In this document: positions 11,821 through 25,086 of the stretch, in pieces
Layout of the letters: each line of letters opens with the position of its first letter
Numbering within the stretch: position 1 is the first letter of the stretch
Assembly (NCBI GenBank): GCA_002269645.1
Contig: NIVC01002244.1
Location: 1-64,000, forward strand
Length of the DNA stretch: 64,000 bases
Direction of reading: 5' to 3'
Source: Macrostomum lignano
Taxonomy: Eukaryota
Translations under genes and position numbers: made by a program
The notes under the pieces: model-generated
Databases searched by the model: none
What the model saw: only the letters and a program-made list of their open reading frames with translations
What the model was told of the DNA's origin: nothing

Positions 11821-12299
11821 CATGTGGCAGACAGCATACAGCAGAGAGGATCGCTAGTCAGCAGCAGCACAAAAGCGAGTTGCACTCCCAGCCGTTGGTT
11901 TTCTACCCGCCCCAACCTCAAGTCTGCCTCTAAAAGCCAACGTGAAACTTCCGAAAGCTTGCCAGTTATAATGTGCAGAGTGGATCGCTAACTCTCAATC
12001 TAAACTGATTAACACTATGTAAACCCTGTGCCCTAGTCAGTTATAATAGTTAGCATTTGCACTTCAAGTGCGAAGAATATGCTGCTCACTTACGTATTAA
12101 TAGTCTCACTAATGAGCCAGTGCAACTATGATAGGCGCTATCTTATCTTCAAGGCAGACAATGGCTCAGACTAATTTTCTTAGTCCGACTACTGGCTTCC
12201 TAATGCTATTGCGCAGTTTCAACTGCGCCTATTGATCTGTGCAAACCTGTTTAATCCGTTTCGCTTAAGTCGTCACTTTTAGCTTGCTGACTGGTGGGT

Positions 12300-12980
12300 T
12301 CTCTGTTCTCTCACCCTCTCACACTCACCATCTCACCCTCTCACCTCTCTCACTCTCTCACCTCTCTCACCCTCTCACACTCACCATCTCACCCTCTCAC
12401 CTCTCTCACTCTCTCACCTCTCTCACCCTCTCACACTCTCACACTCACCATATTACCCTCTCACCCTCTCACACTCACCATCTCACTCTCTCTCACTCTC
12501 TCACTCTCTCACCTCTCTCACCCTCTCACACTCTCACACTCACCATATTACCCTCTCACCCTCTCACACTCACCATCTCACTCTCTCTCACTCTCTCACT
12601 CTCTCACCTCTCTCACCCTCTCACACTCTCTCACTCACCCTCTCACCCTCTCACACTCACCCTCTCACCCTCTCACTCTCTCACACTCACTATCTCACCC
12701 TCTCACCTCTCTCACCCTCTCACCCTCTAACACTCTCACCCTCTCACCCTCCCACCCTTTAACACTCTCACCCTCTCAAACTCTCACACTCTCACCCTCT
12801 CACCCTTTAACACTCTCACCCTCTCAAACTCTCACACTCTCACCCTCTCACCCTTTAACACTCTCACCCTCTAAAACTCTCACCCTTTAACACTCTCACA
12901 CTCTAAAACTCTCACCCTCTCACCATCTCACCCTCTCATCCCTCTCACCCTCTCACCCTCTCACCCTCTCACCCTCTGCA
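12300..12980. repeat. CT-rich degenerate repeat (CTCTCACCCT-like)
   Basis: Direct reading of the sequence. Confidence 0.9.
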
Positions 12981-13574
12981 TCTCAGTCCCCACCGCCTGC
13001 AGTCAGCCATCTGCTTACGCCACTCCCGCCTCTCCTCGCTTCCTTCCCGTCTCCCCCAACTCCTTTCCGCCCGAGGCAGCCGCCTGCCCCCATTCAGCCA
13101 TTCAGCCTTCATGCCTGAAGAATCGCGTGGCCCGCTTGTACTGAGGGGTGGCTGAGCGGCTGTCGAGTAATTGAAAGCTCCATGAAGCTACTCATGCCTC
13201 TGTCTCAACCTCTCTCTCCTCCTCGCTTGACAACTCATCAATCATCCAACGCCTTACAATGGGTATCCCGTATCCTGGTATTATTTGAAGAAATTCAATA
13301 AAGCGATGCACTTTTTCGGGCTCTGTAGAAGAGCAGCGTGCGCGGGTAGTTGTTCGAGGAGGTCGTAAAATAAATTCGAGTCAAGACTCGATTTTCTATT
13401 TTTTAGGACAGCTGATAAACTAGCTGGAAAAGCTGGAAATTTATGAAAGCTAATTTTATGCAATCTTCTGTTCATTTGATTTTTTGCGTCTTCATAACTT
13501 TACAAATTTTACATCAACACCAACACCAATGATTTTACATCACCTAGCTGTTGTTCCTCATCTGTAGTTTCCCT

Positions 13575-14100
13575 AAATCTCTCCCTACCTCCCTAAATCT
13601 CTCCCTACCTCCCTACATCTCTCCCTACCTCCCTACATCTCTCCCTACCTCCCTACATCTATACCTACCTCCCTACATCTATACCTACCTCCCTACATCT
13701 ATACCTACCTCCCTACAACTATACCTACCTCCCTACATCTATACCTACCTCCCTACAACTATACCTACCTCCCTACATCTATACCTACCTCCCTACATCT
13801 ATACCTACCTCCCTACATCTATACCTACCTCCCTACAACTATACCTACCTCCCTACATCTATACCTACCTCCCTACATCTATACCTACCTCCCTACATCT
13901 ATACCTACCTCTCTGCGTCTCTCCTGAACTCCGTTACATCTCTCCTTATCTCTACATCTCTCCTTGCCTCTCTACATCTCTCCTTACCTTCCTACATCTC
14001 TGCTTACCTCTCTACATCTCTGCTTACCTCCCTATATCTCTACCTAACTCTCTTTATCCCTCCTTACGTCCCTACATCTCTGCTTACCTCAGTAAATCTC
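13575..14100. repeat. 20 bp minisatellite (ATACCTACCTCCCTACATCT)
   Basis: Tandem copies that degenerate towards the right. Confidence 0.9.
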
Positions 14101-14114
14101 TCTTTACCTCCCAG

Positions 14115-14243
14115 GATCAGTACAAAGACTTACTGAAATACTTCTTGCAGAAGTCTCTGTCGAAGACCAGACTATTATTTGTTCCCGAGATTCTCAAGTA
14201 CAAGGTAGACAGCGAACGACGCAGGTTGCCGAGTGATTTATGA
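14115..14243 (+). CDS. Possible terminal exon of an unidentified plus-strand gene (DQYKDLLKYF...RRLPSDL*)
   Basis: Pyrimidine-rich acceptor TCTTTACCTCCCAG, 42 protein-like codons, TGA, then AATAAA at 14271. No upstream exon was found. Confidence 0.3.
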   Translation, partial: DQYKDLLKYFLQKSLSKTRLLFVPEILKYKVDSERRRLPSDL

Positions 14244-14789
14244 CGCTTCATTCTCTATTCAGCTCGTTAAAATAAATTTACTAATTTGGTAACAATAAAG
14301 TCGTCCTGACAAACGGGGCCCAAACCAACCGCATGTCGGGACTAATGAAGTCAGTCTGTGCCTATCTCTCTGACTCTGCATTTTTTTCGTTAGATTAAAC
14401 CGCAGTTGCTGAGGGGCCTCGAATGTACATGCCTGAGAGAGAGGGGGGCGAGAGGGGTACAGAAAAGGACAGCATGGAAATCATGTCACACTGCGCAGCG
14501 CATGTGCGAATTCACATGCTCTCTCTCTCTTTTTCTCACCGCCGAGAGAAAAAATACGTAGAAAGTGTGTACATGCAGCTATTCGAAACCAGAGAAATTC
14601 GAAATTATTTTAGCAGGAAGAAAATCTTTCTATAGTTCTTTGTATGCTGAGAGTCAGGAGAGCGGGGTGGACAGGGTGTTCGCCGTGATTTTGGTTACAC
14701 ATTCGATGTGTATCGAATTGAAAGCCTGCAAAAAACCCTGTCTGTGCAAAATAAGAGATAGATCATGCGAGTTTAGTGTGGAACAGAAC

Positions 14790-15500
14790 AGCTATGAGAC
14801 TAGATGCTAGATGTGAGACTAGATGCCAGATGTGAGACTAGATTCCCAATGGGAGACTAGATGCCAGATGTGAGACTAGATGCCAGATGTGAGACTAGAT
14901 TCCCAATGTGAGACTAGATGCCAGATGTGAGAATAGATTCCCAATGTGAGACTAGATGCCAGATGTGAGACTAGATGCCAGATGTGAGACTAGATGCCAG
15001 ATGTGAGACTAGATTCCCAATGTGAGACTAGATGCCAGATGTGAGACTAGATGCTAGATGTGAGACTAGATGCCAGATGTGAGACTAGATTCCCAATGTG
15101 AGACTAGATGCCAGATGTGAGACTAGATGCCAGATGTGAGACTAGATTCCGAATGGGAGACTAGATGCCAGATGTGAGACTAGATGCCAGATGTGAGACT
15201 AGATTCCCAATGGGAGACTAGATGCCAGCTGTGAGACTAGATGCTAGATGTGAGACTAGATGCCAGATGTGAGACTAGATGCCAGATGTGAGACTAGATG
15301 CCAGATGTGAGACTAGATGCCAGATGTGAGACTAGATGCCAGATGTGAGACTAGATTCCCAATGGGAGACTAGATGCCAGCTGTGAGACTAGATGCTAGA
15401 TGTGAGACTAGATGCCAGATGTGAGACTAGATGCCAGATGTGAGAATAGATTCCCAATGTGAGACTAGATGCCTGATGTGAGACTAGATGCCAGATGTGA
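14790..15500. repeat. 19 bp minisatellite (ATGTGAGACTAGATGCCAG)
   Basis: Tandem copies with a recurring TTCCCA variant. Confidence 0.95.
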
Positions 15501-16535
15501 GACTAGAGAGAGGAAGAGAAGAGGAGAGAGGAGAAGGAAAAAGGGGGGAGTAAGAGGAAGAGAGATAAATGAGACGGAGAGGAGAGAGGTAGATAGAAGG
15601 AAAATTGAGAGAGAGGAAGAGAGGGGGAGAGAAGGGATAGAAGTGGAGAGGGAGAGAAGGAGAGGGAGAGAAGGAGAGGGAGAGAAGGAGAGGGAGAGAA
15701 GGAGAGGGAGAGAAGGAGAGGGAGAGAAGGAGAGGGAGAGAAGGAGAGGGAGAGAAGGAGAGGGAGAGAAGGAGAGGGAGAAAAGGAGAGGGAGAGAAGG
15801 AGAGGGAGAAAAGGAGAGGAAGAGAAGGAGAGGGAGAGAAGGAGAGGGAGAGAAGGAGAGGGAGAGAAGGAGAGGGAGAGAAGGAGAGGGAGAGAATGAG
15901 AGGAGAGAAGGAGAGAAAGAGAGGAGAGGGAGAGAAGGAGAGGGAGAAGGAGAGGGAGAGAAGGAGAGGGAGAGAAGGAGAGGGAGAAGGAGAGGGAGAA
16001 AAGGAGAGGAAGAGAAGGAGAGGGAGAGAAGGAGAGGGAGAGAAGGAGAGGGAGAGAAGGAGAGGAGAGAAGGGGGGAGAGAATGAGAGGAGAGAAGGAG
16101 AGAAAGAGAGGGAGAGAAGGAGAGGGAGAAGGAGAGGGAGAGAAGGAGAGGGAGAGAAGGAGAGGGAGAGAAGGAGAGGGAGAGAAGGAGAGGGAGAGAA
16201 GGAGAGGGAGAAGGAGAGGGAGAGAAGGAGAGGAGAGAAGGGGGGAGAGAAGGAGAGGGAGAGAAGGAGATGGAGAGAAGGAGAGGGAGAGAAGGAGAGG
16301 AGAGAAGGGGGGAGAGAAGGAGAGGGAGAGAAGGAGATGGAGAGAAGGAGAGGGAGAGAAGGAGAGGAGAGAAGGGGGGAGAGAAGGAGAGGGAGAGAAG
16401 GAGAGGGAGAGAAGGAGAGGGAGAGAAGGAGAGGGAGAGAAGGAGAGGGAGAGAAGGAGAGGGAGAGAAGGAGAGGAGAGAAGGAGATGGAGAGAAGGAG
16501 AGGGAGAGAAGGAGAGGAGAGAAGGAGATGGAGAG
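15500..16535. repeat. 14 bp pure-purine repeat (GGAGAGGGAGAGAA)
   Basis: Direct reading of the sequence. Confidence 0.95.
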
Positions 16536-17039
16536 ATAGTTATCTACCGAACTATCTAAATTATGACTATCTATATTACTATACTCTACTATACTATACA
16601 TTACGCCATATACGCTATCTATATTACCTAGACAGAGCTGCAGCCCTAATTTCGCCCTCCAATATATATGGCTACTGGTTATTCTACTGACAATAAATCA
16701 TGGATTCGAGATAAATTTAAGTCACTGTGCAATGAATTGTTACTGGTCTGGAATTTATCTCCATCAAGGCTCGGAATGCAATGCGAATTAAACAGATTAC
16801 TGCGAAGATTTACGATTTTACTTGTTTGACCATAAGCATGGATCTTGTGGTTAATCACCTGTGCACAGTGGCTGGGGTTTTCCGTGGCCAAATAAAGAAG
16901 AAGAGTCTTGTCGAAGTTCTTGGCGAATATTCAATCAGAGAGTTTACCGCATTTTGTTCTGCTTTGGTAAAGTTGAGTTAAGTCAGTTGCGTTGATGAAT
17001 GCGGGATAGAGATACACGGATTAGGGAAGAAAGAGAATT

Positions 17040-17510
17040 TATGCAGAGATAAACAGATTTGAGGTAGAGATAAACAGACTTTTGAGGTAGAGATAAACAG
17101 ACTTTTGAGGGAGAGATAAACAGATTTTCGAGGTAGAGATAAACAGACTTTTGAGGGAGAGATAAACAGATTTTCGAGGTAGAGATAAACAGACTTTTGA
17201 GGGAGAGATAAACAGATTTTCGAGGTAGAGATAAACAGACTTTTGAGGGAGAGATAAACAGATTTTCGAGGTAGAGATAAACAGACTTTTGAGGGAGAGA
17301 TAAACAGATTTTCGAGGTAGAGATAAACAGACTTTTGAGGGAGAGATAAACAGACTTTTGAGGCAGAGATAAACAGAATTGAGGTAGAGATAAACAGACT
17401 TTGGTGGTAGAGATAAACAGATTTTCGAGGCAGAGATAAACAGGCTTGATGTAGAGATAAACAGATTTGAGGTAGAGATAAACAGACCTAAGTTAGAGAT
17501 AAACAGACTC
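17040..17510. repeat. 23 bp minisatellite (GAGGTAGAGATAAACAGACTTTT) with two alternating variants
   Basis: Direct reading of the sequence. Confidence 0.93.
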
Positions 17511-18049
17511 TGTATTAAGCTAGAGCATGTCTATGGCAGGCACAGGTGTCTCGTACTATTATGCTACTACTAAAACCGCAGCAATGAGACAGTACTGTAC
17601 TAGATATAGATATGCTAGCAGATCGATTCCCGGTGGGAAATCGGTGGAGGCTCGGGTTGGGATGTGGCTAGGGCAGAGTTTGACTGAGGGGAGATGGGAG
17701 AATGGGGAAGTGCGATAGGCGGCCTCCCTAATCCTCACCAGAGGTATAAATAGCGCGGAACGCCTTGGGGTACTTTTATCCCTTGGCCTCAGCAATCCTT
17801 GAGATGGCTGGGGAGAAAACTTCTCATTTCCTTTTCCCCAGCCTCTTTTTCAGTCCCGTCTCAACCCACCCCGAGAAAGGTTGAGCTGGCGCCGGGCAGG
17901 TTCTGATTTTCGCGCGACCAAACACCCGAGTGGCCGAAGGTGGCTCTCAAGCAGTTAATTGAGCAAATAACTCTTAACACCCGTATATTATTGCAGAAGT
18001 AATTCTTCAGGATTGTATCAGCATTGACTGTTTGTGATTATTCCGCTTG

Positions 18050-19400
18050 ACTGCACTGCCTTGTGCAGTATTGGATTATCTCAGCCTTGTGCAGTATTGG
18101 ATTATCTCAGCCTTGTGCAGTATTGGATTATCTCAGCCTTGTGCAGTATCGGATTAACTCGGCCTTGTGCAGTATCGGATTAACTCGGCCTTGTGCAGTA
18201 TTGGATTATCTCAGCCTTGTGCAGTATCGGATTATCTCAGCCTTGTGCAGTATCGGATTATCTCTCCATGTGCAGTATTGGATATCTCTCCATGTACAGT
18301 ATCGGATTATCTCTCCATGTACAGTATCGGATTATCTCTCCATGTACAGTATCGGATTATCTCTCCATGTACAGTATCGGATTATCTCAGTCTGTACAGT
18401 ATCGGATTATCTCAGTCTGTACAGCATCGGATTATCTCAGTCTGTACAGTATCGGATTATCTCAGTCTGTACAGCATCGGATTATCTCAGCCTGTACAGC
18501 ATCGGATTATCTCAGCCTGTACAGTATCGGATTATCTCAGTCTGTACAGTATCGGATTATCTCAGTCTGTACAGTATCGGATTATCTCAGCATGTACATT
18601 ATCGGATTATCTCAGTCTGTACAGCATCGGATTATCTCAGTCTGTACAGCATCGGATTATCTCAGTCTGTACAGCATCGGATTATCTCAGCCTGTACAGT
18701 ATCGGATTATCTCAGTCTGTACAGTATCGGATTATCTCAGCATGTACATTATCGGATTATCTCAGTCTGTACAGTATCGGATTATCTCAGTCTGTACAGT
18801 ATCGGATTATCTCAGCATGTACATTATCGGATTATCTCAGTCTGTACAGTATCGGATTATCTCAGTCTGTACAGTATCGGATTATCTTCCCATGTACAGT
18901 ATCGGATTATCTCAGCCTGTACAGTATCGGATTATCTCAGCCTGTACAGTATCGGATTATCTCCCCATGTACAGTATCAGATTATCTCAGCTTGTACGGT
19001 ATCGGATTATCTCAGCCTGTACAGTATCGGATTATCTCAGCCTGTACAGTATCGGATTATCTCAGCCTGTACAGTATCGGATTATCTCAGTCTGTACAGT
19101 ATCGGATTATCTCAGTCTGTACAGTATCGGATTATCTCAGCCTGTACATTATCGGATTATCTCAGCCTGTACAGTATCGGATTATCTCAGCATGTACAGT
19201 ATCGGATTATCTCAGCCTGTACAGTATCGGATTATCTCCCCATGTACAGTATCGGATTATCTCAGCCCGTACAGTATCGGATTATCGCAGCCCGTACAGT
19301 ATCGGATTATCTCCCCATGTACATTATCGGATTATCTCAGCTTGTACGGTATCGGATTATCTCCCCATGTACAGTATAGATTATCTCATTATGTACAGTA
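18050..19400. repeat. 25 bp minisatellite (TGTACAGTATCGGATTATCTCAGCC)
   Basis: About 53 copies; the source of three stop-free plus-strand frames. Confidence 0.95.
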
Positions 19401-19609
19401 GCGTACTGTCCAATAGTCTCACACTACTATCCAAAAATCTTGCCCCAGTATTCGATAATCTCACCCTACTATCTAATAATCGCAACCTAAAATCGAAAAA
19501 TCTATCCGTATTGTATCCTCAGAGACAGTAAAATCTCATCTATTCCGAATGCAACCAGCAAAACAAGTGCATGCACAAATGTACTACTAACATAACCCCA
19601 ATTACTCAC

Positions 19610-19696
19610 CAAAATTGTGGCAGTTGGAGCCGCAGCCCGGGTCCAGATTAAAGCGAGGAGTTGCTCCGCAAGCATCCAGCGGTGGCGGCGTGCTCA
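19610..19696 (-). CDS. MPDZ: MPDZ/PATJ-like 87 nt linker exon between PDZ3 and PDZ4
   Basis: Acceptor GACTTCAG at 19697-19698 and donor G|GTGAGT at 19609. It is phase 1-1 and open (LSTPPPLDACGATPRFNLDPGCGSNCHNF), fitting both neighbouring exons. Confidence 0.7.
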
Positions 19697-19714
19697 CTGA
19701 AGTCGGCGTTAGAT

Positions 19715-20212
19715 GAGGTGGGTGCAGTCAGGGTGGGTGCTGTGTCTTTGTGCCGTGTCTTTGAGGTGGGTGCAGTGTCTTTGGGGTGGGTGCAGTGTCT
19801 TTGGGGTGGGTGCCGTGTCTTTGGGGTGGGTGCTGTGTCTTTGTGCCGTGTCTTTGAGGTGGGTGCAGTCAGGGTGGGTGCTGTGTCTTTGTGCCGTGTC
19901 TTTGAGGTGGGTGCTGTGTCTTTGGGGTAGGTGCTGTGTCTTTGGGGTGGGTGCTGTGTCTTTGGGGTGGGTGCAGTGTCTTTGGGGTGGGTGCAGTGTC
20001 TTTGGGGTGGGTGCCGTGTCTTTGGGGTGGGTGCTGTGTCTTTGTGCCGTGTCTTTGAGGTGGGTGCAGTCAGGGTGGGTGCTGTGTCTTTGGGATTTGT
20101 GCTGTGTCTTTGGGATTTGTTCTGTGTCTTTGGAGTGGGTGCTGTGTCTTTGGGGTGGGTGCTGTGTCTTTGGGGTGGGTGCTGTGTCTTTGGGGTGGGT
20201 GCTGTGTCTTTA
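19715..20212. repeat. 20 bp G-rich minisatellite (GGGGTGGGTGCTGTGTCTTT)
   Basis: Direct reading of the sequence. Confidence 0.93.
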
Positions 20213-20589
20213 AGTATTTTTGGTCCTGAGTGTTTTATGGATAGGCCAAATCAAAGTATACTTTATTATAGAAGCCAGTATTGCCACGTGACAGCCAGAA
20301 CCATCCCGGATCCCATCACAATATACTAAACTGCATCTGCACTTGTCCAGTAGGGCTCTTAAGTTTCCTCTGTTCCCACTCCAAACGCGCCCGTGAAGGC
20401 TGGCCACCAAGACTCTTTCATCTGGCAGTGCTTCAGACTGCAAGACCAACCAGTTTATTTTTATTAAATTTTATTGATAATAGCTTATAGCACCTGACGC
20501 CAGACACACGGAACAATTTTATTATCCTAATCTAATAAAATTGCACTTATATTATCTATTGTAAGTTAATATTTCTCCTTTGAAAATTT

Positions 20590-21540
20590 CACATCCCATT
20601 CTATCCCTTCAAAACCCTAATTCTTTCCCCTACATCCCATTCTATTCCTTTAAATCCCATTCTATTTCATTCTGTTCCATAAAATCCCAAAAATCTCATT
20701 CTTTCCCCTAACACATCCCATTCTATCTTCTCGAATCCCATTTTACCCTCTCAAATCCCATTCTATCCCATTCTATCCCATTCTACCATCTCAAATCCCA
20801 TTTTACCCTCTCAAATCCCATTCTATGCCAGTCTATCCCCTCAAATCCCATTCTATGCCAGTCTATCCCCTCAAATCCCATTCTACCATCTCAAATCCCA
20901 TTCTATCCCATTCTATTCCCTCAAATCCCATTCTATCCCCTCAAATCCCATTCTATCCACTCAAATCCCATTCTATCCCCTAAAATCCCATTCTATCCCC
21001 TATGATCCCATTCTATCCCCTAAAATCCCATTCTATACCATCAAGTTTCAGTCTATCTCCTCATATCCCATTCTATCCCTCAAATCCCATTCTATCCCCG
21101 CAAATCCCATTCTATCCCCTCAAATCCCATTCTATCCCCTCAAATCCCATTTTAACCCCTCAAATCCCATTTTATCCCCTCAAATCCCATTCTATCCCAT
21201 CAAGTCTCAGTCTATCCCCTTAAATCCCATTCTATCCCATCAAGTCCCATTTTATCCCCTCAAAAATCATTCTATCCCCTCAAATCCCATTCTATCCCCT
21301 CATATCCCATTCTATCCCCTCATATCCCATTCTATCCCCTCAAATCCCATTCTATCCCCTCAAATCCCATTCTGTCCCCTCATATCCCATTCTATCCCCT
21401 CATATCCTATTCTATCCCCTCATATCCCATTCTATCCCCTCAAAAATCCCATTCTATCCCCTCATATCCCATTCTATCCCCTCAAAAATCCCATTCTATC
21501 CCCTCATATCCTATTCTATCCCCTCAAATCCCATTCCATC
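20590..21540. repeat. 20 bp minisatellite (AAATCCCATTCTATCCCCTC)
   Basis: Direct reading of the sequence. Confidence 0.93.
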
Positions 21541-21577
21541 CCTCCCGAGGACAATCCCAGCAGCCAGCAGGACTCAC

Positions 21578-21713
21578 GCGTGTGCGCCATCAGCTGGTGA
21601 TGCACGTGACCGGATTTGTACCTGACCAGCCGAAGCCGTACTCGACTGCCGCAGCTTCTCAGCAGCTCAACCGCCGCGTGATTTGAGCAGCCTTCCAGAC
21701 TCGAACCATTGAC
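21578..21713 (-). CDS. MPDZ: MPDZ/PATJ-like exon: C-terminal half of PDZ3 (absent from the ORF track)
   Basis: Acceptor CACAAAG at 21714-21715 and donor C|GTGAGT at 21577. It encodes VNGSSLEGCSNHAAVELLRSCGSRVRLRLVRYKSG, phase 0-1. Confidence 0.9.
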
Positions 21714-22049
21714 CTTTGTGGTAGTCGGGAGTTATTAACGAATAAAAACAATAACTCTACACGGTGGACTGTATGATTTTTTAGGACTGGATGATTCTCT
21801 CATCCGTTCTCTCGATCCTCTTGCTTATAAAAAGTATTTTCCCATCTCCCCCCCACAGCCAATCGGGTTTGCCCGGTGGACAAGGAGATCTAAAACTAGG
21901 CAGTCGCCTGGGATTCTTGGGCGAAGGCAGTAATGGATTGCTAGCCTAGCTAGTTTTCTGTTCTGTGGAAATATTGCATGGGTTGGCGAACTATTCTACT
22001 CAAAGGGGCCAGATAAATAATCCAGCTCATGGCTGCGAGCAAGGTAGGG

Positions 22050-22975
22050 AGGAAATGAATGAGATGACAGAAGACAGAAGAGAGGCAAGAGAGGAGATGA
22101 GGAAACATCAGGAAATATGAGATATGGGATGAGAGAAGAGATGAGACAAGAGATAAGAGAGAAGAATGGAGATAATAGAGGAGAAAAAGGAGAGGATAGA
22201 AGAGGAGAGGAGAGGAGAGGAGACGAGAGAAGGGAGAGAAGAGGGGGAAAGGAGAAAAGAGAGAAGAAGGGAGAGAAGAGGGGGAAAGGAGAAAAGAGAG
22301 AGGAAGGGAGAGAAGAGGGGGAAAGGAGAAAGAGAGAGGAAGGGAGAGAAGAGGGGGGAAAAGAGAAAAGAGAGAAGAAGGGAGAGAAGAGGGGGAAAGG
22401 AGAAAGAGAGAGGAAGGGAGAGAAGAGGGGGGAAAGAGAAAAGAGAGAGGAAGGGAGAGAAGAGGGGGAAAGGAGAAAGAGAGAGGAAGGGAGAGAAGAG
22501 GGGGAAAAGAGAAAAGAGAGAGGAAGGGAGAGAAGAGGGGGAAAGGAGAAAAGAGAGAGGAAGGGAGAGAAGAGGGGGAAAAGAGAAAAGAGAGAGGAAG
22601 GGAGAGAAGAGGGGGAAAGGAGAAAGAGAGAGGAAGGGAGAGAAGAGGGGGAAAAGAGAAAAGAGAGAGGAAGGGAGAGAAGAGGGGGAAAGGAGAAAGA
22701 GAGAGGAAGGGAGAGAAGAGGGGGAAAGGAGAAAAGAGAGAGGAAGGGAGAGAAGAGGGGGAAAGGAGAAAGAGAGAGGAAGGGAGAGAAGAGGGGGAAA
22801 AGAGAAAAGAGAGAGGAAGGGAGAGAAGAGGGGGAAAGGAGAAAGAGAGAGGAAGGGAGAGAAGAGGGGGAAAAGAGAAAAGAGAGAGGAAGAGAGAGAA
22901 GAGGGGGAAAAGAGAAAAGAGAGAGGAAGGGAGAGAAGAGGGGGGAAGGAGAAAAGAGAGAAGGGAGGGAGAGAT
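22050..22975. repeat. Pure-purine ~35-37 bp repeat
   Basis: AGAGAGGAAGGGAGAGAAGAGGGGGAAAGGAGAAAAG-like units. Confidence 0.93.
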
Positions 22976-23509
22976 CAGAAACGCATTTTTTGCTTAATGA
23001 ATTTTATCGAAGGGAGTTTCAGCACAGACAGTCTTGGGGACCAGATAATCAGACTAGAAAATACATAGAAAAATAGATTTTATAGCAAGTTAAGCAGAGT
23101 TAATCGCGGTTAGTGCGCCCCTCAATTCAGCACCCAGTGATCGAATGGAATGGTGAGGCGATTCCTGATGCTGTATCTGGGACTCCTTATCGGGGAACGG
23201 GTTGGCAGAGAGGAGGGGAGGATGCGGGGTTTCGGGTTGAAGAACATGCACACCCGCTGCCCAGATAGCAGGCCCTTCCAACTTCAAGTTAATCCGATGG
23301 ATGCACTGTAGGAACTGGCTTCCGAAAGCTCGCCTGCCCCCTGACACCCTAAATTCTGCCCGATCCATGGAGATTAAAATTGCCCTTCGAGCTGGTTCTT
23401 AGTTTGTCAAACGTTGGTTTATTATTGCATGTTAAGAAACAAAGAAAGGCGAGGCAGAGGTGGAGACGAGAGGTAGATATAAGAGAGGCAAGGCTGAAGA
23501 TAACAGAGG

Positions 23510-23770
23510 GAGAGGTAGAGAGGAGAGAGGTAGAGAGGAGAGAGGTAGAGAGGAGAGAGAGGTAGAGAGGAGAGAGGTAGAGAGGAGAGAGAGGTAGAGA
23601 GGAGAGAGGTAGAGAGGAGAGAGAGGTAGAGAGGAGAGAGGTAGAGAGGAGAGAGAGGTAGAGAGGAGAGAGGTAGAGAGGAGAGAGGTAGAGAGGAGAG
23701 AGAGGTAGAGAGGAGAGAGGTAGAGAGGAGAGAGGTAGAGAGGTAGAGAGGAGAGAGGTAGAGAGGAGTA
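23510..23770. repeat. 15 bp repeat (GAGAGGTAGAGAGGA)
   Basis: Direct reading of the sequence. Confidence 0.9.
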
Positions 23771-24334
23771 AGAGGGTAGAGGTGGATTTAGGTGGACTTT
23801 AAGCTGATGGGGGGCATAATACTACAACTACGTAAACCCACAGTATGAATGCAATTCATACAAAAGCAGTATGCAGTACGAGGAGCAAACGATTTGCCGG
23901 TAACAAAGGAAATTCTGAGACCATGCAGGCTCGTGAGCTGCTTCAAATGTCTGTCAGATGAGAAACGGGACGTCTCTGAACTCTCACCCCAGCGCTAGCT
24001 GAAGTCACGCCTCTCAGCTCAGCTGGGCAATGCAATTTGGACTGTGGCTATTAATAGAGCAGGTAGATGAATGGACTCAAGTATAGATTAAGTTCAGATG
24101 GAGCTGAAGATTTAACTCGCACAAATGAAGCCATTCGCCTCAATCAATCATTGGGAAATGATAAAAAAATTCTGCCCAGAATTTTCTCCTCATTTCGTCT
24201 ATCGGATTTAATTGAGTTTTTTCATGAAATTATGTCTGGGGTCTTTGAGAGCTGCAATGCTACCGACTGCTCATTAATTATGGGGGGCGTGCTCCGCTTG
24301 ATTCATAGTCTGTGCTTGGCACCCGCGAGGCTGG

Positions 24335-24965
24335 GGAGGCGCTTAGAGTGCTTATGTTGGCGCTTAGTGTGCTTGTTTTGGCGCTTAGTGTGTTTAGGTT
24401 GGCGCTTAGAGTGCTTATGTTGGCGCTTAGTGTGCTTGTTTTGGCGCTTAGTGTGCTTATGTTGGCGCTTAGAGTGCTTATGTTGGCGCTTAGTGTGCTT
24501 GTTTTGGCGCTTAGTGTGCTTATGTTGGCGCTTAGAGTGCTTATGTTGGCGCTTAGAGTGCTTATGTTGGCGCCTAGAGTGCTTATGTTGGCGCTTAGTG
24601 TGATAATTTTGGCGCTTAGTGTGCTTATGTTGGCGCTTAGTGTGCTTATGTTGGCGCTTAGTGTGCTTATGTTGGCGCTTAGTGTGATAATGTTGGCGCT
24701 TAGAGTGCTTATGTTGGCGCTTAGAGTGCTTATGTTGGCGCCTAGAGTGCTTATGTTGGCGCTTAGTGTGATAATGTTGGCGCTTAGTGTGATAATGTTG
24801 GCGCTTAGTGTGATAATGTTGGCGCTTAGTGTGCTTATGTTGGTGCTTAGTGTGCTTATTTTAGCGCTTAGTGTGCTTGTTTTGGCGCTTAGTGTGCTTA
24901 TGTTGGCGCTTAGTGTGCTTATGTTAGCGCTTAGTGTGCTCATTTTGGCGCTTAGTGTGCTTAAT
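24335..24965. repeat. 21 bp minisatellite (GGCGCTTAGTGTGCTTATGTT)
   Basis: Tandem copies ending ~30 bp from the donor at 24994. Confidence 0.95.
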
Positions 24966-24994
24966 TGTCTAGATTCACGAGACAAACTACTTAC

Positions 24995-25086
24995 CTTAAC
25001 AATGCGGTCATTCATGGCTAGTCGTCCCTGGATGTCAGCTTCACTTCCGGACAAAATGCTTTTGATGAAGATGCCGCTCAGCTTCG
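24995..25086 (-). CDS. MPDZ: MPDZ/PATJ-like exon: middle of PDZ3
   Basis: Acceptor GTTGCAG at 25087-25088 and donor AAG|GTAAGT at 24994. It encodes KLSGIFIKSILSGSEADIQGRLAMNDRIVK, phase 1-0. Confidence 0.9.

Noticed and set aside
15465-16690. Long Arg/Glu-rich and Ser/Leu-rich ORFs (also 11076-11921 and 22117-23076)
   Set aside because: Translations of purine/pyrimidine tandem repeats that lack stop codons; they lie in introns.
18063-19531. Three overlapping ORFs of 400-450 aa
   Set aside because: A 25 bp repeat leaves all three frames open, with the same peptide cycling through them.
23131-23270. Plus-strand HPVIEWNGEAIP, resembling a RIMS/Piccolo PDZ motif
   Set aside because: Five-residue match only; the flanks are not PDZ-like and a stop follows.
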